A stretch of 64,000 nt of DNA from Terriglobia bacterium (GCA_965198225.1 CBDAOY010000008.1:1-64000), one strand, 5' to 3'. Numbered from the stretch's first letter, positions 1-10,847 are shown. A program made the numbers and translations. The notes: generated by a model from the letters alone, not told the origin.

Positions 1-58
1 GGATCGGAAGAGCAGTCCGGACCTGAGATGGCTGAAGAGATTGGTAGAAAGAGGCATT

Positions 59-1486
59 ATGAAATGCTTTCTGATCGACGATCTGGACCAGGGCTTGTTG
101 ATGCGGCCGTCGTTACACGACTGGCTACCGGAGAATCACCTGGCGCGATTCGTGGTGGATTTGGTGGACACGTTGGATCTTTCGGCATTCTACCGGTCCT
201 ACGAGGAGAAGGACGGGAGGGGGCAGGCGGCGTACCATCCAGTGATGATGGTGCGGTTGTTGATTTATGGCTATTGCACCGGAGTGGTCAGCTCGCGGCA
301 GATCGAGAAGCGGACGTACGAGGATGTGGCGTTTCGGTACCTGAGTGCGGATTCCCATCCGGATCACAGCACGGTGAGCGAGTTTCGGAAGCGGCATTTG
401 GGAGCACTGGCGGGACTGTTCCTGCAAGCGCTGCAATTGTGCCAGAAGGCGGGGCTGGTGAAACTGGGGCATGTGGCGGTGGACGGGAGCAAGGTGCAGG
501 GGAACGCAAGCAAACACAAGGCGATGAGTTACGGTCGGATGTGTGAATCCGAGGAGAAGTTGAAGGCCGAAGTGGAAGAGTTGCTCCGGCAGGCCGAAGC
601 GGCGGATGCGGCCGAGGATGAGAAGGAACGGCGAGGACAGGCCGACAAGTTACCCGACGAGTTGGCCCGGCGTGAAAGTCGGCTGAAGAAGATCCGGGAG
701 GCGAAGGCGGCACTGGAAGCCGAAGCCCAGCAGAAGGCCGAGGAGACGAAGGCGGCCGCGGAAGCCCGAACCGCCGAACGGCTCCAGAAGGAGGCTGAGA
801 CAGGTCGGAAGACTCCGGGACGCCCACCGCAGGTTCCCGATCCCGAGCAGGCGGTGCCGGAACCAAAGGCGCAACGGAACTTCACGGACCCGGACAGCCG
901 GATCATGCCCGACGGGGCGCACAAAGGCAGCTTCGTACAGGCCTACAATGCACAGATTGCCGTGGATAGCGAAGCACAGATCATCGTGGCCGCCAACATC
1001 ACGCAGCAGAGCAACGACAAACAACAACTGGCACCGATGTTGGAACAGGTGAAGCAGAATACGGGAGCCTCCCCGGTGGCGTGCAGTGCCGATACCGGCT
1101 ATTGGAGCCCGGAGCAAGTCGCCGACAAGCGGGTTGAAGGCATCGACCTGCACGTGGCGACAGGCAGGGATAAACATGGCGCATCGGCCGCACCCATCCA
1201 GGTATCGGATGAAGGTGACCTTCTGCAGCAAATGAGACAGAAACTCCAAAGCGAGGCCGGCCGGGCGGTTTACAAGATGCGCAAGGCGATTGTGGAACCG
1301 GTATTCGGACAGATCAAGGAATGCCGGCACTTCCGCCGGTTCAGTCTCCGCGGACTGGAGAACGTGCAGGCAGAGTGGACGCTGGTGTGCCTGACACACA
1401 ATCTATTGAAACTGTATCGCGCGGGACGGGGTGATACAGATGTCGGCAGCATGAATCAAGGTCCAGGGTTCTTGGAAAGCAGCTGA
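59..1486 (+). mobile_element. IS1182-family DDE transposase
   Basis: N-terminal 'LPENHLARFVVDLVD..YHPVMMVRLLIYGY..SSRQIE..PDHSTVSEFR' (DUF772-like), 'VAVDGSKV', 'NFTDPDSRIM', 'ADTGY', 'RKAIVEPVFGQIK'. ATG at 59 preferred over TTG at 41. No left end recognised in the window. Confidence 0.93.
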
Positions 1487-1526
1487 CGAGTTACGGGTAG
1501 GAGCTAAAGAGCCAACAGCCAACTGA

Positions 1527-1850
1527 CTACTGACCACTGACCACTGGTATTTCCACGTAGAGGTCCTCACCTCGCACCTCACACGGATACGTCTTCGCGC
1601 CCTCTCGCTCCTTCCGGCAGCTCCCGTCGGCGAGGCGGACGTGCCAACCGTGCCAGCCACAGATCACTTCGCCGTTCTGGACGACGCCTTCGGTCAGGGG
1701 AAAGCCAAGGTGCGGGCAGAAGTTCTCCAGGGCGTAGAAGGACTGGTCCCACTGGAAGAGTGCGATGTCGAGGCCGTCGATCTGGACGGCGTGGCCTATC
1801 CCGTCCTCGGGGACTTGGTCGAGGGAAGCGGCCCGAACCCATCTATTCAT
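1527..1850 (-). CDS. Rieske [2Fe-2S] ferredoxin (NirD-like)
   Basis: CPH...CGWH Rieske motif; ATG at 1850 overlaps the end of the upstream thioesterase. Confidence 0.88.
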   Translation of the reverse strand: MNRWVRAASLDQVPEDGIGHAVQIDGLDIALFQWDQSFYALENFCPHLGFPLTEGVVQNGEVICGWHGWHVRLADGSCRKEREGAKTYPCEVRGEDLYVEIPVVSGQ

Positions 1851-2283
1851 CCGGTCTCCCGAAACTGACGCTTCCGGGCCCTTCAAACTCCAGAATCGAG
1901 CTCCGAACCGACTCCGACATCGGCACGCTCCGGTTCGAGCGGTAGTCGAACATTACCTGCACCGAGCGACCTTCCCCGATCAGTCGGTCGGTTTCATCCT
2001 GAATGATCTGGTACTGGAAATCGAAACTGGAGTTGCCGATCCGGGATGTCCGAATGCCGACCCGCAGATCGTGATCGTTGCCCGCCTGGGCGCGGTAGCT
2101 GAGTTCCGCCCGGGCCAGGATAATGCCGTCCCGGGCCTGTCGTCCGGAACCGAACACAACCGACCAGTAGAAGGAACGCGCCATCTCCAGATAGCTGAAA
2201 TACACCGCGTTGTTGATGTGGCCGAGGCTGTCCAGGTCGGCGGGACGGACGGTTACCGGGCAATAAAGCCTGAAGGAGTCCAT
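1843..2283 (-). CDS. Acyl-CoA thioesterase, hotdog fold (4HBT/YbgC family)
   Basis: 'VRPADLDSLGHINNAVYFSYLE' motif. Confidence 0.9.
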   Translation of the reverse strand: MDSFRLYCPVTVRPADLDSLGHINNAVYFSYLEMARSFYWSVVFGSGRQARDGIILARAELSYRAQAGNDHDLRVGIRTSRIGNSSFDFQYQIIQDETDRLIGEGRSVQVMFDYRSNRSVPMSESVRSSILEFEGPGSVSFGRPDE

Positions 2284-2408
2284 AAGTGCATAATAACACG
2301 GAGTTTGTCGGGATCCCGACTCTGCCCGCCGCCCGCTCGGGCACGGCGGCGGACAGCGCGTAAACTCATGCTATACTTTGCCAAACTCAGTGTCTCTGGG
2401 GGTTTTCG

Positions 2409-3368
2409 GTGGGAGCGATTCCGAAAGTTGAGAGTATCTGGCTCGATGGCAAATTCGTCGCGTGGGACGACGCGCAGATCCATATCACCGCCCATTGCCT
2501 GCATTACGGTACGGGCGTTTTCGAAGGAGTGCGTTCCTACGAGACGTCCAATGGATCGGCCGTGTTCAGGCTCGACGCCCACATGAAGCGGTTCAAGAAT
2601 TCCGCCGAAATCTACCAGATCGACATCCCGTACAGCGTCGATGATCTCCAGCAGGCAACGCTCGAGCTCGTCGCTCGCAACAAGCTCGGCGATGCCTACA
2701 TTCGCCCCATCGCTTTCAACGGCGTCTATTCGTTGGATGTCTGGCCCAGGGACTGTCCGGTAGTCGTCGCGGTAGCTGCCTGGCCCAGAGGCGAGTATCT
2801 CGGCCGCAAGGGGATCGACGAGGGAGTCCGCGTGATGTTTTCGTCGGTGCGGCGATTCCATTCGTCGATGATACCGACGTCGGGAAAGGCGTGTGGCCAG
2901 TACATCAATTCCGTCCTCGCCGTTCAGGAGGCCCAGAAAAACGGTTTCGACGAAGCGATCCTACTCAACATGGAAGGCAATGTGGCCGAGGGATCCGGCG
3001 AGAACCTCTTCCTCGTGAAGGATGGAAACCTCATAACGAACGATGCCGATGCCTCGATTCTGATGGGGATCACACGGGAAGCAATCCTGCGGATTGCCAA
3101 CGACAAGGGGATACCCGTCGAGATCCGAAGTATCAGCCAGGAAGAAGTACTCTCGGCAGACGAGCTTTTCTTTTCAGGCACCGCTGTGGAGGTGACCCCC
3201 ATCCGAGCGGTGGGAGACACGACGATCGGTGACGGACGGCGCGGCCCCCTCACCGAGACGATTCAGACGACGTTCTTCGACACGGTCCGTGGCCGAACCT
3301 CGGAGTACTCTCACTGGCTTTCCTATGTTTCGGAACGGAAGAAGGAAGAAGTGACGAGTGACAAGTGA
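2409..3368 (+). CDS. ilvE: Branched-chain amino acid aminotransferase
   Basis: 'LHYGTGVFEG', 'YIRP', PLP lysine in 'GKACGQY', 'EGSGENLF', 'ILMGITR', 'GTAVEVTPI'. Confidence 0.95.
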   Translation: MGAIPKVESIWLDGKFVAWDDAQIHITAHCLHYGTGVFEGVRSYETSNGSAVFRLDAHMKRFKNSAEIYQIDIPYSVDDLQQATLELVARNKLGDAYIRPIAFNGVYSLDVWPRDCPVVVAVAAWPRGEYLGRKGIDEGVRVMFSSVRRFHSSMIPTSGKACGQYINSVLAVQEAQKNGFDEAILLNMEGNVAEGSGENLFLVKDGNLITNDADASILMGITREAILRIANDKGIPVEIRSISQEEVLSADELFFSGTAVEVTPIRAVGDTTIGDGRRGPLTETIQTTFFDTVRGRTSEYSHWLSYVSERKKEEVTSDK

Positions 3369-3529
3369 AGAGTTTCGGTTTCTCTCATCCCCTCTGGTCG
3401 CTAACCGTCCACGTCCGTCCACAATGATCGCCCTCGACCGAATCTCGAGGCCAGACCTGCCGTGACAACCGATCAGTCACGTGTTACACGCCATGTAGCT
3501 CGTCACTTGTCGCTTGTCACTCGTCACTT
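3351..3529. repeat. Inverted heptamer arrays (GTGACGA/GTGACAA ... TCGTCAC/TTGTCAC)
   Basis: gtgacgagtgacaagtgaaga at ~3351-3371 and ctcgtcacttgtcgcttgtcactcgtcac at ~3499-3527 are complementary. Confidence 0.6.
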
Positions 3530-3553
3530 CTGGACAGTGGGCCGGATGCTCCC

Positions 3554-4723
3554 ATGATCAAACCGGCAGAACGGATGGGCAACGTTCACGGCGAGGCCGC
3601 GTTTGCCATGCTGGCAAGAGCCAACGAACTCGAGCGTGCGGGGCGGAGTATCGTCCATCTCGAGATCGGAGAGCCGGACTTCGACACGCCGCAGACGATC
3701 GTCGATTCAGCCGTCGACTGGCTCAAACGTGGAGCCACCCACTACACGGGGTCGGCCGGCATTCCGGAATTGCGGGAGGCCATCGCGGCCGACCTTCAGA
3801 GAGTTTTCCGCGCCGAGGTGGGGGCCGATCATATCGTGGTCGGTCCGGGCGCAAAGATGATGCTCTTCTCCACCATCATGAGCGTCGTCGATCCCGGCGA
3901 GGAAGTGATCGTGCCGAATCCTGCTTTTCCAGCTTACGAGGCGGCGATCGAAATCGCCCGGGGAAAGCTCATAGCCGTGCCACTGAGGGAGTCGAATGAG
4001 TTTCGGCTCCGGGTCGAGGACCTGGAAGCCAGTATCACCGAGCAGACCCGGTTGGTCGTCTTGAACTCCCCTCAGAATCCCACCGGCGGTGTCTTGACGG
4101 CTTCCGACCTGGAGGCGGTTGCGGACTTAGCCGCAAAGCACGACTTCTTGATCCTGTCCGACGAGATCTATTCCGAAATCTCCTACGGACAGCGCCCGGA
4201 GAGCATGTTGCATTTTCCCGCCATCCGAGACCGGCTGCTCCTGGTTCATGGATTTTCGAAGACTTTCGCGATGACGGGATGGCGACTCGGATTTGCCGTG
4301 CTGCCCCCGGAGCTGGTGCAGACGGTGGTGTTGTTCATCAACAGCAGCGTCTCCTGTACGGCGGCTTTCACACAGCGGGCGGCCGTGAGTGCCTTCTCGG
4401 AACATACGCGCCCCGCCGTGGAGGCGATGGTCAGCGAATTCGAGCGCCGTCGTGACAAGATCGTAGACGGGTTGAACGCGATCGATGGAATTCGCTGTCT
4501 TCGGCCCCGCGGAGCGTTTTACGTTTTCCCAAACGTCGAGGATTTGGGCATCCCGAGTAGTGTTCTGGCAGATCGATTACTCGACGAGGCCGGAGTGTCT
4601 GCACTGCCCGGGACCGCTTTCGGTCGTTACGGTGAAGGCTATCTGAGATTCTCGTTCGCAAACTCACTGGACAACATCGAAGCCGCTCTCGAGCGCATCG
4701 ACCGTTTTGTCGGTGGACTTTGA
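3554..4723 (+). CDS. PLP-dependent class I/II (aspartate-type) aminotransferase
   Basis: 'IGEPDFDTP', 'NSPQNPTG', 'SDEIY', 'GFSKTFAMTGWRLG'. Confidence 0.93.
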   Translation: MIKPAERMGNVHGEAAFAMLARANELERAGRSIVHLEIGEPDFDTPQTIVDSAVDWLKRGATHYTGSAGIPELREAIAADLQRVFRAEVGADHIVVGPGAKMMLFSTIMSVVDPGEEVIVPNPAFPAYEAAIEIARGKLIAVPLRESNEFRLRVEDLEASITEQTRLVVLNSPQNPTGGVLTASDLEAVADLAAKHDFLILSDEIYSEISYGQRPESMLHFPAIRDRLLLVHGFSKTFAMTGWRLGFAVLPPELVQTVVLFINSSVSCTAAFTQRAAVSAFSEHTRPAVEAMVSEFERRRDKIVDGLNAIDGIRCLRPRGAFYVFPNVEDLGIPSSVLADRLLDEAGVSALPGTAFGRYGEGYLRFSFANSLDNIEAALERIDRFVGGL

Positions 4724-4728
4724 GCGGG

Positions 4729-5000
4729 CTAGTGGCCTGTAACAGGGAGAGTGATAGTGGCGTTGGGAGCGCAACGGTACCGGATTCTAGGAGCGCCGCC
4801 CGAGGTAATGCTGCTTCATTGCGAGAAGGCGCGACGACGAAGACGGTGCTGTTCCGCCCCAACCCGAAGGGCCGATGGGTCTTGCCAGCGCCACGCGGAG
4901 GAGCTTGGAACAGGCGATGTGGTTCGACCTGCAACGACTCGTGAAAGGATCCGCAAGGCCCATCGGCGACGCTGTCACTATCTCTGTTACAGGTCCCTAG
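4729..5000. mobile_element. ~270 bp CTAG-flanked MITE, family A (diverged copy)
   Basis: Ends ctagtggcctgtaacag / ctgttacaggtccctag; interior alignable to 11222-11496. Confidence 0.8.
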
Positions 5001-5041
5001 GGTTCGTCTCGAGCGTAGTTTTCCATACATACTGGTAGAGC

Positions 5042-6631
5042 ATGTCTTACTTCAAAGTCTTGTTGGCAGATGGAATCGATCCGGCCGGGATCGAGCTGAT
5101 TCAGAAGACCAACGCGATCGAGCCGATCGTCCACAGCAAGCTCGAACGCGAGAAGCTACTTGAGATCATACCGGAAGTCGACGGGATCATCGTTCGCAGC
5201 GCCACGAGTGTCGACAGGGAAGCGATCGACCGGTCCAGCAAGTTGAAGGTGGTCGGGCGAGCCGGCGTCGGGGTCGACAACGTCGATATCGATGCCGCGA
5301 CCGAGCACGGCATCATCGTGATGAATTCTCCCGGCGGTTCGACGACGACGACCGCCGAACACACGATCGCCATGATGTTTGCGCTGTCTCGAAACATTCC
5401 CCAGGCTTACCGCCTACTCAAGGAACACAAGTGGGAAAAGAGCCGGTTCAAGGGCGTCGAGATGACCGGAAAGACCCTGGGCGTGATCGGACTGGGACGC
5501 ATCGGGAGCGAGGTCGCGCACAAGTGCCAGGCCATGGGAATGAGCGTGATGGCCTACGATCCGTTCCTGAACCCGGATGCCGACCTGAGCAGCGGACTCC
5601 TGCTTGTTGAACTCGGCAGAATCTTCGCAGAAGCCGATTTCATCACCGTGCATTGCCCTCTGACCGACGAGACGCGCAATCTCATCAACAGGGATGCCAT
5701 CGCGAGTATGAAGGATGGGGTGCGCTTGCTCAACTGTGCCCGCGGGGGGATCATCAGCGAGGCTGACCTGTATGACGCCCTCAAGGACGGCAAGGTCGCC
5801 GGAGCCGCCTTCGACGTCTTCGAAGAGGAGCCCAACACCGAATCGCCCCTGCTCGATCTGGACAATTTCGTCGCGACGCCTCATCTGGGCGCATCGACGT
5901 TCGAGGCCCAGAGAAAAGTGTCTGAAGACATCTGCCGTCAGATCGTGGATTTTCTGACGAAAAGCACGATCCGCGGCGCGCTGAACTTTCCGCAGCTCGA
6001 AGCGGGACAGCTCGAGCGGTACCAGCACTTCGTAGATCTTGCGACCCGCCTGTCGACCTTTGTCGGACAGATATCGGAAGGTCGAATGCAGAGCATTTCG
6101 ATCCGGTACTCCGGAGAGATCACGGACATGAACCTGGACTATCTGACGTCGACTATCGTTCGGCGCCTGCTTATCCCCATACTCGGTGAAGGCGTCAATC
6201 TCATCAACGCTACCCGTGTCGCTCACCAACGTGGGATCAAGGTGGAAGAAACCCGGGTTCCTGTTCCCGAAAACTTCACGAATCTCGTGGCCATCGAGGT
6301 TCAAACCGACAACGAAACCCGTCACGTCTCGGGAACCGTCTTCACCGATAAGCTTCCGCGGATCGTCAGCGTGGACGGCTACGCCCTGGAAGTCGTTCCT
6401 CGAGGGCACATGATTTTCTTGACCAACTCGGACAGGCCGGGTGTGATTGGAGATATAGGGACGGTGCTCGGGCAGTACAAAGTGAACGTCGCCGGAATGC
6501 ACCTGGGACGAGAGCGCGAAGGCGGCCAGGCTCTGGCGCTGCTTCTGATCGATAACCCGATCCGCGATGAAGTTGTCGAGAAGGTCCGTAGCATCGAGAA
6601 TGTTTTAAGTGCCAAGGCGATTCGCATCTGA
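5042..6631 (+). CDS. serA: D-3-phosphoglycerate dehydrogenase (long type, ASB and ACT domains)
   Basis: 'RAGVGVDNVD', 'GLGRIG', 'NCARGG', 'TPHLGAST', C-terminal 'DRPGVIG' ACT domain. Confidence 0.96.
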   Translation: MSYFKVLLADGIDPAGIELIQKTNAIEPIVHSKLEREKLLEIIPEVDGIIVRSATSVDREAIDRSSKLKVVGRAGVGVDNVDIDAATEHGIIVMNSPGGSTTTTAEHTIAMMFALSRNIPQAYRLLKEHKWEKSRFKGVEMTGKTLGVIGLGRIGSEVAHKCQAMGMSVMAYDPFLNPDADLSSGLLLVELGRIFAEADFITVHCPLTDETRNLINRDAIASMKDGVRLLNCARGGIISEADLYDALKDGKVAGAAFDVFEEEPNTESPLLDLDNFVATPHLGASTFEAQRKVSEDICRQIVDFLTKSTIRGALNFPQLEAGQLERYQHFVDLATRLSTFVGQISEGRMQSISIRYSGEITDMNLDYLTSTIVRRLLIPILGEGVNLINATRVAHQRGIKVEETRVPVPENFTNLVAIEVQTDNETRHVSGTVFTDKLPRIVSVDGYALEVVPRGHMIFLTNSDRPGVIGDIGTVLGQYKVNVAGMHLGREREGGQALALLLIDNPIRDEVVEKVRSIENVLSAKAIRI

Positions 6632-9539
6632 CGGTGCTGCTGTAGTAGCTCTTGCGTTCCTGTTCCTTGCCTCACCTGTTTTCGCTCAGGGAACGGCGAC
6701 CTTTGCGGGGACTGTCATCGATGAATCCGGAGGCCCGGTTGCCCAGGCTGAGGTCCGCCTGACGTTCGAGGGCGGTCGTACCATGACCGCGACGACCGGG
6801 GATAACGGAGCTTTTTCTCTCGAGACCTCGGGCCGATTCGAACTGGAAGTTTCCCGAGCTGGGTTTCGAACCGTGCGGACGACTAGGGTAGCGCTCGCGT
6901 CGGGGGCTGCCTACAGGATCGACGTCGTTCTCGTGGCTGGAGATCCGGCGGATGTCGAACTGGTGGAACTGCTGCTCGAGGACCCCGTTCAGCTTGGCGG
7001 CGGGGCGGGTCCCTCGGCGCGCGAGGACCTTCCCCGATCCGATCGTCTGTTCGGTTTGCGGGGAGGCCTCAACGTTTCTGGGATTGCGGAAGGTTCCAGC
7101 CAGCAGTGGATTGCCGCTTCGGGGAGTGTGTTTGCCAGCTCCGCGAGCGCGAGCGCCCTGATCGATACCTCCGATTTTTCTGCCCAATTTCCCGCGAACG
7201 TCGGCGTCGACGATACGCTTCCGACAGGGGGGCCAGGCTTCAGCGGCAACGTCTACTATTTCCACCGCAACGACGCCTTGAATGCAAGGAACTTCTTTGA
7301 TCCTCCGGACGGGGCAATTCCCCCGTTCAAGTACCATTTTTTCGGGGCTCAGGCCGGCGGACAGCTCCGGGACGGAACCTTCGCGTTTGCCAGGTACTGG
7401 GGGCTCCGGGTCCGGCAATCGATCACTCGTGTCGCCACGGTTCCGAATCCGGACTGGATTCGAGGCGATTTCTCCTCCTTGAGCGAACCGATCCTGGATC
7501 CCGAAACGGGGTTTCCGTTTCCCGGCAACGTCATTCCTAGGGACCGGCTGAGCCCCAGGGGTGGCGACCTGGCAGCTCTATTCCCGGAACCCAACAGCGC
7601 GGGCCGAGACATCCAGAATTTCCGTTCGATCGCTAAGTTGAACACGGTCGCCGATGCGTTCGGAGTCCGGATTGACCACCGGACGTCGGTTGCAGACAAA
7701 ACATCCATCGAGTACCAGTACAGCCGTGACACGACGGATGACCCGTTCAACCTGGTCACCGGCATCACCAACCTGCCCGGCTTTGGCGTGCGTGACGCTC
7801 TCGCAACACAGACCCTCCGTGTGAACAATACGCACGTTTTCTCCACACGACTCCTGCATCAGATCGGGTTCTCGTTCGGCCACCTGCGCCAGCCGCGCAC
7901 CATCCCTGCAGACGCGGGAACGCCGGCGGTGATCATCACGGAGTTTTCGAACGTCGGTCACGGGTCGAATATCCCCCAGGAGAGGACAAACAGGACCTAC
8001 GCGCTGTCGAATGACGTGTCCTGGTTGCACGGTCCACGCACTACCAAGGTGGGGGGATCGATCCGGTATTTCAGCTTCGACGCATTCATGGACCTTTTGA
8101 GTCGTGGCCAGTTTCAGTTCACCGGCGGGTCCTTTTCCAACAACGCACTGGCTAACCTACTTCTGGGTCTGCCGGCAAACGCCCTCCGAATCCAGGGCGA
8201 CACCGGACGTAAGTTTGGAACCTGGACGTCCGGCCTCTACGTCCAGCATGACTGGCGAGTCAGCCCCCTGCTGAACCTGAGCGCCGGACTCCGCTGGGAC
8301 TACCAGACTCCGTTCGCCGAATCCGGGGGCCGAGTGGCCAACTTCACCGCGTCCGGAGAGCTCCAGACATCGCCGGAACAGCTGTACCCGTCCGACCTGA
8401 ACAACTGGGGACCTCGGCTTGGTGTCGCGTGGAGTCCTCTTCCAGACACCGTCGTCCGCGCCGGGTACGGTATCTTTTACGACAGCCTCGCCGTCGGAGA
8501 CAGTCTGTTCCTCCTGGGCCTCAACCCGCCTTTCGTCCGGTTCGACGTCGAGAACAACGATCCCGTGGTGCCTCGTTTCGACCTGGAGACCGTGTTTGGG
8601 GATCCTTCCATCGCGGTGCCGCCGAGTATCTTCTCGACCGCGTCCACGCTGGCGAACCCATATGTCCAGCATTGGAACCTCACCCTCGAACAGACCCTAT
8701 CGGCCGACTACGAGGCACGTCTGGCCTATACGGGACAGAAGGGGACACGTCTCCGCCGCCAGATCAACCTGAACCAGCCGCTGGCCGGTCCCGCCGGCAC
8801 CCTGGACGACCGGCGCCCGTTTCCGGATTTCAGAAACGTGTTTCAGTTTGAGACCAGCGCCGCTTCTTCGACCCATGCCATGGATCTCGGGTTGATCCGC
8901 CGGTTCTCGCAGGGGCTCGGTGTGCGGGCAGACTACCGTCTGGCCAGGTCGCTCGACGACGCGACACTGATCAGCATCCTTCCCCAGAACAGCCACGACC
9001 TGGCTTCGGAGAAAGGACTCAGCGATTTCCACGTGAAGCATCGCCTGCTGGTCTCGGGAACCTACAACCTTCCGCTCTCCGGCGGCTGGTTGAACGGCTG
9101 GCAGCTGCAGGCCCTCGGGATGGTTCAATCCGGCACGCCGCTGTCCGCCATTCTGGGCACCGATGTCGCCGGCACGGGGAGTCCAATCGTCAACCGCCCA
9201 AACCTGGTGGGCGATCCGCGGGTGTCGGACCCGACTCCACTCCGCTTCTTTAACACCGATGCTTTCGAAGCACCCGAATTCGGCCGCTTCGGCAACAGCG
9301 GGCGGAACGTGATCATCGGTCCCGGTCTGGCGAATGTCGACCTGGCGCTGATGCGGGCCTTTCGAGTTTCGGATCTCTTGCGAGCGCAGTTTCGCGCCGA
9401 TTTCTACAACGCGTTCAACAGCGCCAATTTTGTCGCGCCGCCGACGATGCAGAATTTTGCAGACTCGCCAGACTTTGGCGCTCTTTTTGTCGCGCGCTCG
9501 CCGCGAATCATCCAAATGGGGTTGAGACTCTTCTGGTGA
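6609..9539 (+). CDS. TonB-dependent receptor, carboxypeptidase-regulatory N-domain plus Oar-like beta-barrel
   Basis: Signal peptide, 'GTVIDESGGPVAQAEV', 'RNDALNARNFF', 'NNWGPRLGVAW', C-terminal 'PRIIQMGLRLFW'. Confidence 0.88.
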   Translation: MPRRFASDGAAVVALAFLFLASPVFAQGTATFAGTVIDESGGPVAQAEVRLTFEGGRTMTATTGDNGAFSLETSGRFELEVSRAGFRTVRTTRVALASGAAYRIDVVLVAGDPADVELVELLLEDPVQLGGGAGPSAREDLPRSDRLFGLRGGLNVSGIAEGSSQQWIAASGSVFASSASASALIDTSDFSAQFPANVGVDDTLPTGGPGFSGNVYYFHRNDALNARNFFDPPDGAIPPFKYHFFGAQAGGQLRDGTFAFARYWGLRVRQSITRVATVPNPDWIRGDFSSLSEPILDPETGFPFPGNVIPRDRLSPRGGDLAALFPEPNSAGRDIQNFRSIAKLNTVADAFGVRIDHRTSVADKTSIEYQYSRDTTDDPFNLVTGITNLPGFGVRDALATQTLRVNNTHVFSTRLLHQIGFSFGHLRQPRTIPADAGTPAVIITEFSNVGHGSNIPQERTNRTYALSNDVSWLHGPRTTKVGGSIRYFSFDAFMDLLSRGQFQFTGGSFSNNALANLLLGLPANALRIQGDTGRKFGTWTSGLYVQHDWRVSPLLNLSAGLRWDYQTPFAESGGRVANFTASGELQTSPEQLYPSDLNNWGPRLGVAWSPLPDTVVRAGYGIFYDSLAVGDSLFLLGLNPPFVRFDVENNDPVVPRFDLETVFGDPSIAVPPSIFSTASTLANPYVQHWNLTLEQTLSADYEARLAYTGQKGTRLRRQINLNQPLAGPAGTLDDRRPFPDFRNVFQFETSAASSTHAMDLGLIRRFSQGLGVRADYRLARSLDDATLISILPQNSHDLASEKGLSDFHVKHRLLVSGTYNLPLSGGWLNGWQLQALGMVQSGTPLSAILGTDVAGTGSPIVNRPNLVGDPRVSDPTPLRFFNTDAFEAPEFGRFGNSGRNVIIGPGLANVDLALMRAFRVSDLLRAQFRADFYNAFNSANFVAPPTMQNFADSPDFGALFVARSPRIIQMGLRLFW

Positions 9540-9621
9540 AGCTTTTGGGGGCCGAAAGGGTAGACATTACCGCGGAAATACCGTCTAATCTGCCTGAATC
9601 GTAAATTAGGGGTAAGAAGCC

Positions 9622-10662
9622 TTGAAACTGGCTCAAATCTCGATGTTTCATCGTTCCGGTTGCGTGTGGTTCGTCACGCTGGTCACACTCCTGGCCCTCG
9701 CCGTGCCTGCCGGATTGGCACAGAAGGAGGAAGAGCGGCCGAAAGTCCACACCGACTTCAAATTCGGATCGTTTCCTTACTCCTCGGACGCCCAGGAACG
9801 GTTTGCGGACGAAGAAACCGTCCGGCTCATCATCGGTTTCCACGAGGGTTGGTCGGTCGACAAGTACATCAAAGAGACCGCCTCGGAGCGCGTCGATGTT
9901 CTCACACTGGCCGACGATCTTGAGGAAGGCCGCCTCATCCGAGGACGATCTGACTACGACATGCGACCCGGGTTTCCCGTACTGCGTGAGCTGGAGCTTG
10001 CGATTCTGCTTCCGGAAGTCAGCCGTCACGCAGGAGAGTTGGCCGGTCTCATCCAGAGCCATTGGGCCGAAGTTGAGGAGTTCGTGTCGTCTCTGGAGGC
10101 TGCCCGGGAGATGCCCCGCAAGCAGGTGCTCTACCAGGCTCTGGTCGGGGGGGTTCTGCTGGGGGGGATGCTCGATGCCTTCTACGACGACAAGACTCTC
10201 CTGGCAGGTGGTGAGCCGAGGCGGGCCCGTCGGCGCGGCGACGGATACTACGCCTGGATGACGGAGGGAGATGCGGCCCCCGCTCACCTCGTTCGTCAGG
10301 CCAGGAGCGCAGGCCGGTACCAGGTGGTGTCGGTCGGTACCGTTCCCGAGGAAAATCTCCGGATCCGTATCGACGACCTCCGATCGGAAGCGGCCGTGTA
10401 TGAAAGCGAAGACGCCCGCAAGTGGCGCATTTTCGCCAGCGTGTTCTCCAGAGACTACCTGCTTCCTTACTTCAAGTCGCAGCGAAGCACATTCATCAGC
10501 CTTCACGAACAGATTCGCGCCTCCCGCTACACCGCCCTGGCCGAGTTCATTGCCTGGTATTACCAGTCTGTTGTCGCGGACGCGACCGCCCGTCTGGTGT
10601 CGACCGGGCACATCGAGGCTCCGGAGACCTCCTTCAAGTACGCGATTCAATCCCGACGGTAA
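9622..10662 (+). CDS. Hypothetical exported protein
   Basis: 346-aa ORF with a signal-peptide-like hydrophobic N-terminus; start uncertain (TTG 9622 or ATG 9643). Confidence 0.7.
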   Translation: MKLAQISMFHRSGCVWFVTLVTLLALAVPAGLAQKEEERPKVHTDFKFGSFPYSSDAQERFADEETVRLIIGFHEGWSVDKYIKETASERVDVLTLADDLEEGRLIRGRSDYDMRPGFPVLRELELAILLPEVSRHAGELAGLIQSHWAEVEEFVSSLEAAREMPRKQVLYQALVGGVLLGGMLDAFYDDKTLLAGGEPRRARRRGDGYYAWMTEGDAAPAHLVRQARSAGRYQVVSVGTVPEENLRIRIDDLRSEAAVYESEDARKWRIFASVFSRDYLLPYFKSQRSTFISLHEQIRASRYTALAEFIAWYYQSVVADATARLVSTGHIEAPETSFKYAIQSRR

Positions 10663-10751
10663 GGGAGATCTGGTCTGACTCATTCCCCGCCTCTTCTGCC
10701 TGGCGGACAGCGGAGCTTTCGTCGTTCCCGGCCAGTTCTGCTTAGCGGAGA

Positions 10752-10782
10752 CCCGGGGACAGGGCAAGCCCCTGTCCCCCTC
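10752..10782. repeat. Small palindromic repeat GGGGACAGGGCAAGCCCCTGTCCCC (second copy at ~52573-52602)
   Basis: Hairpin, near-identical in two intergenic positions. Confidence 0.65.
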
Positions 10783-10847
10783 ACAGTGGCTCTCTCACTT
10801 ATCACGCGCAAACCGGGTCCCGTTCTCCTTGCTGTTACAATCTCTCG

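Noticed and set aside
4729-5000. Retron msr-msd or OMEGA RNA interpretation of the 270-bp element
   Set aside because: No RT, IscB or TnpB is adjacent to any copy; dispersed copies with CTAG-bounded IRs fit a MITE better.
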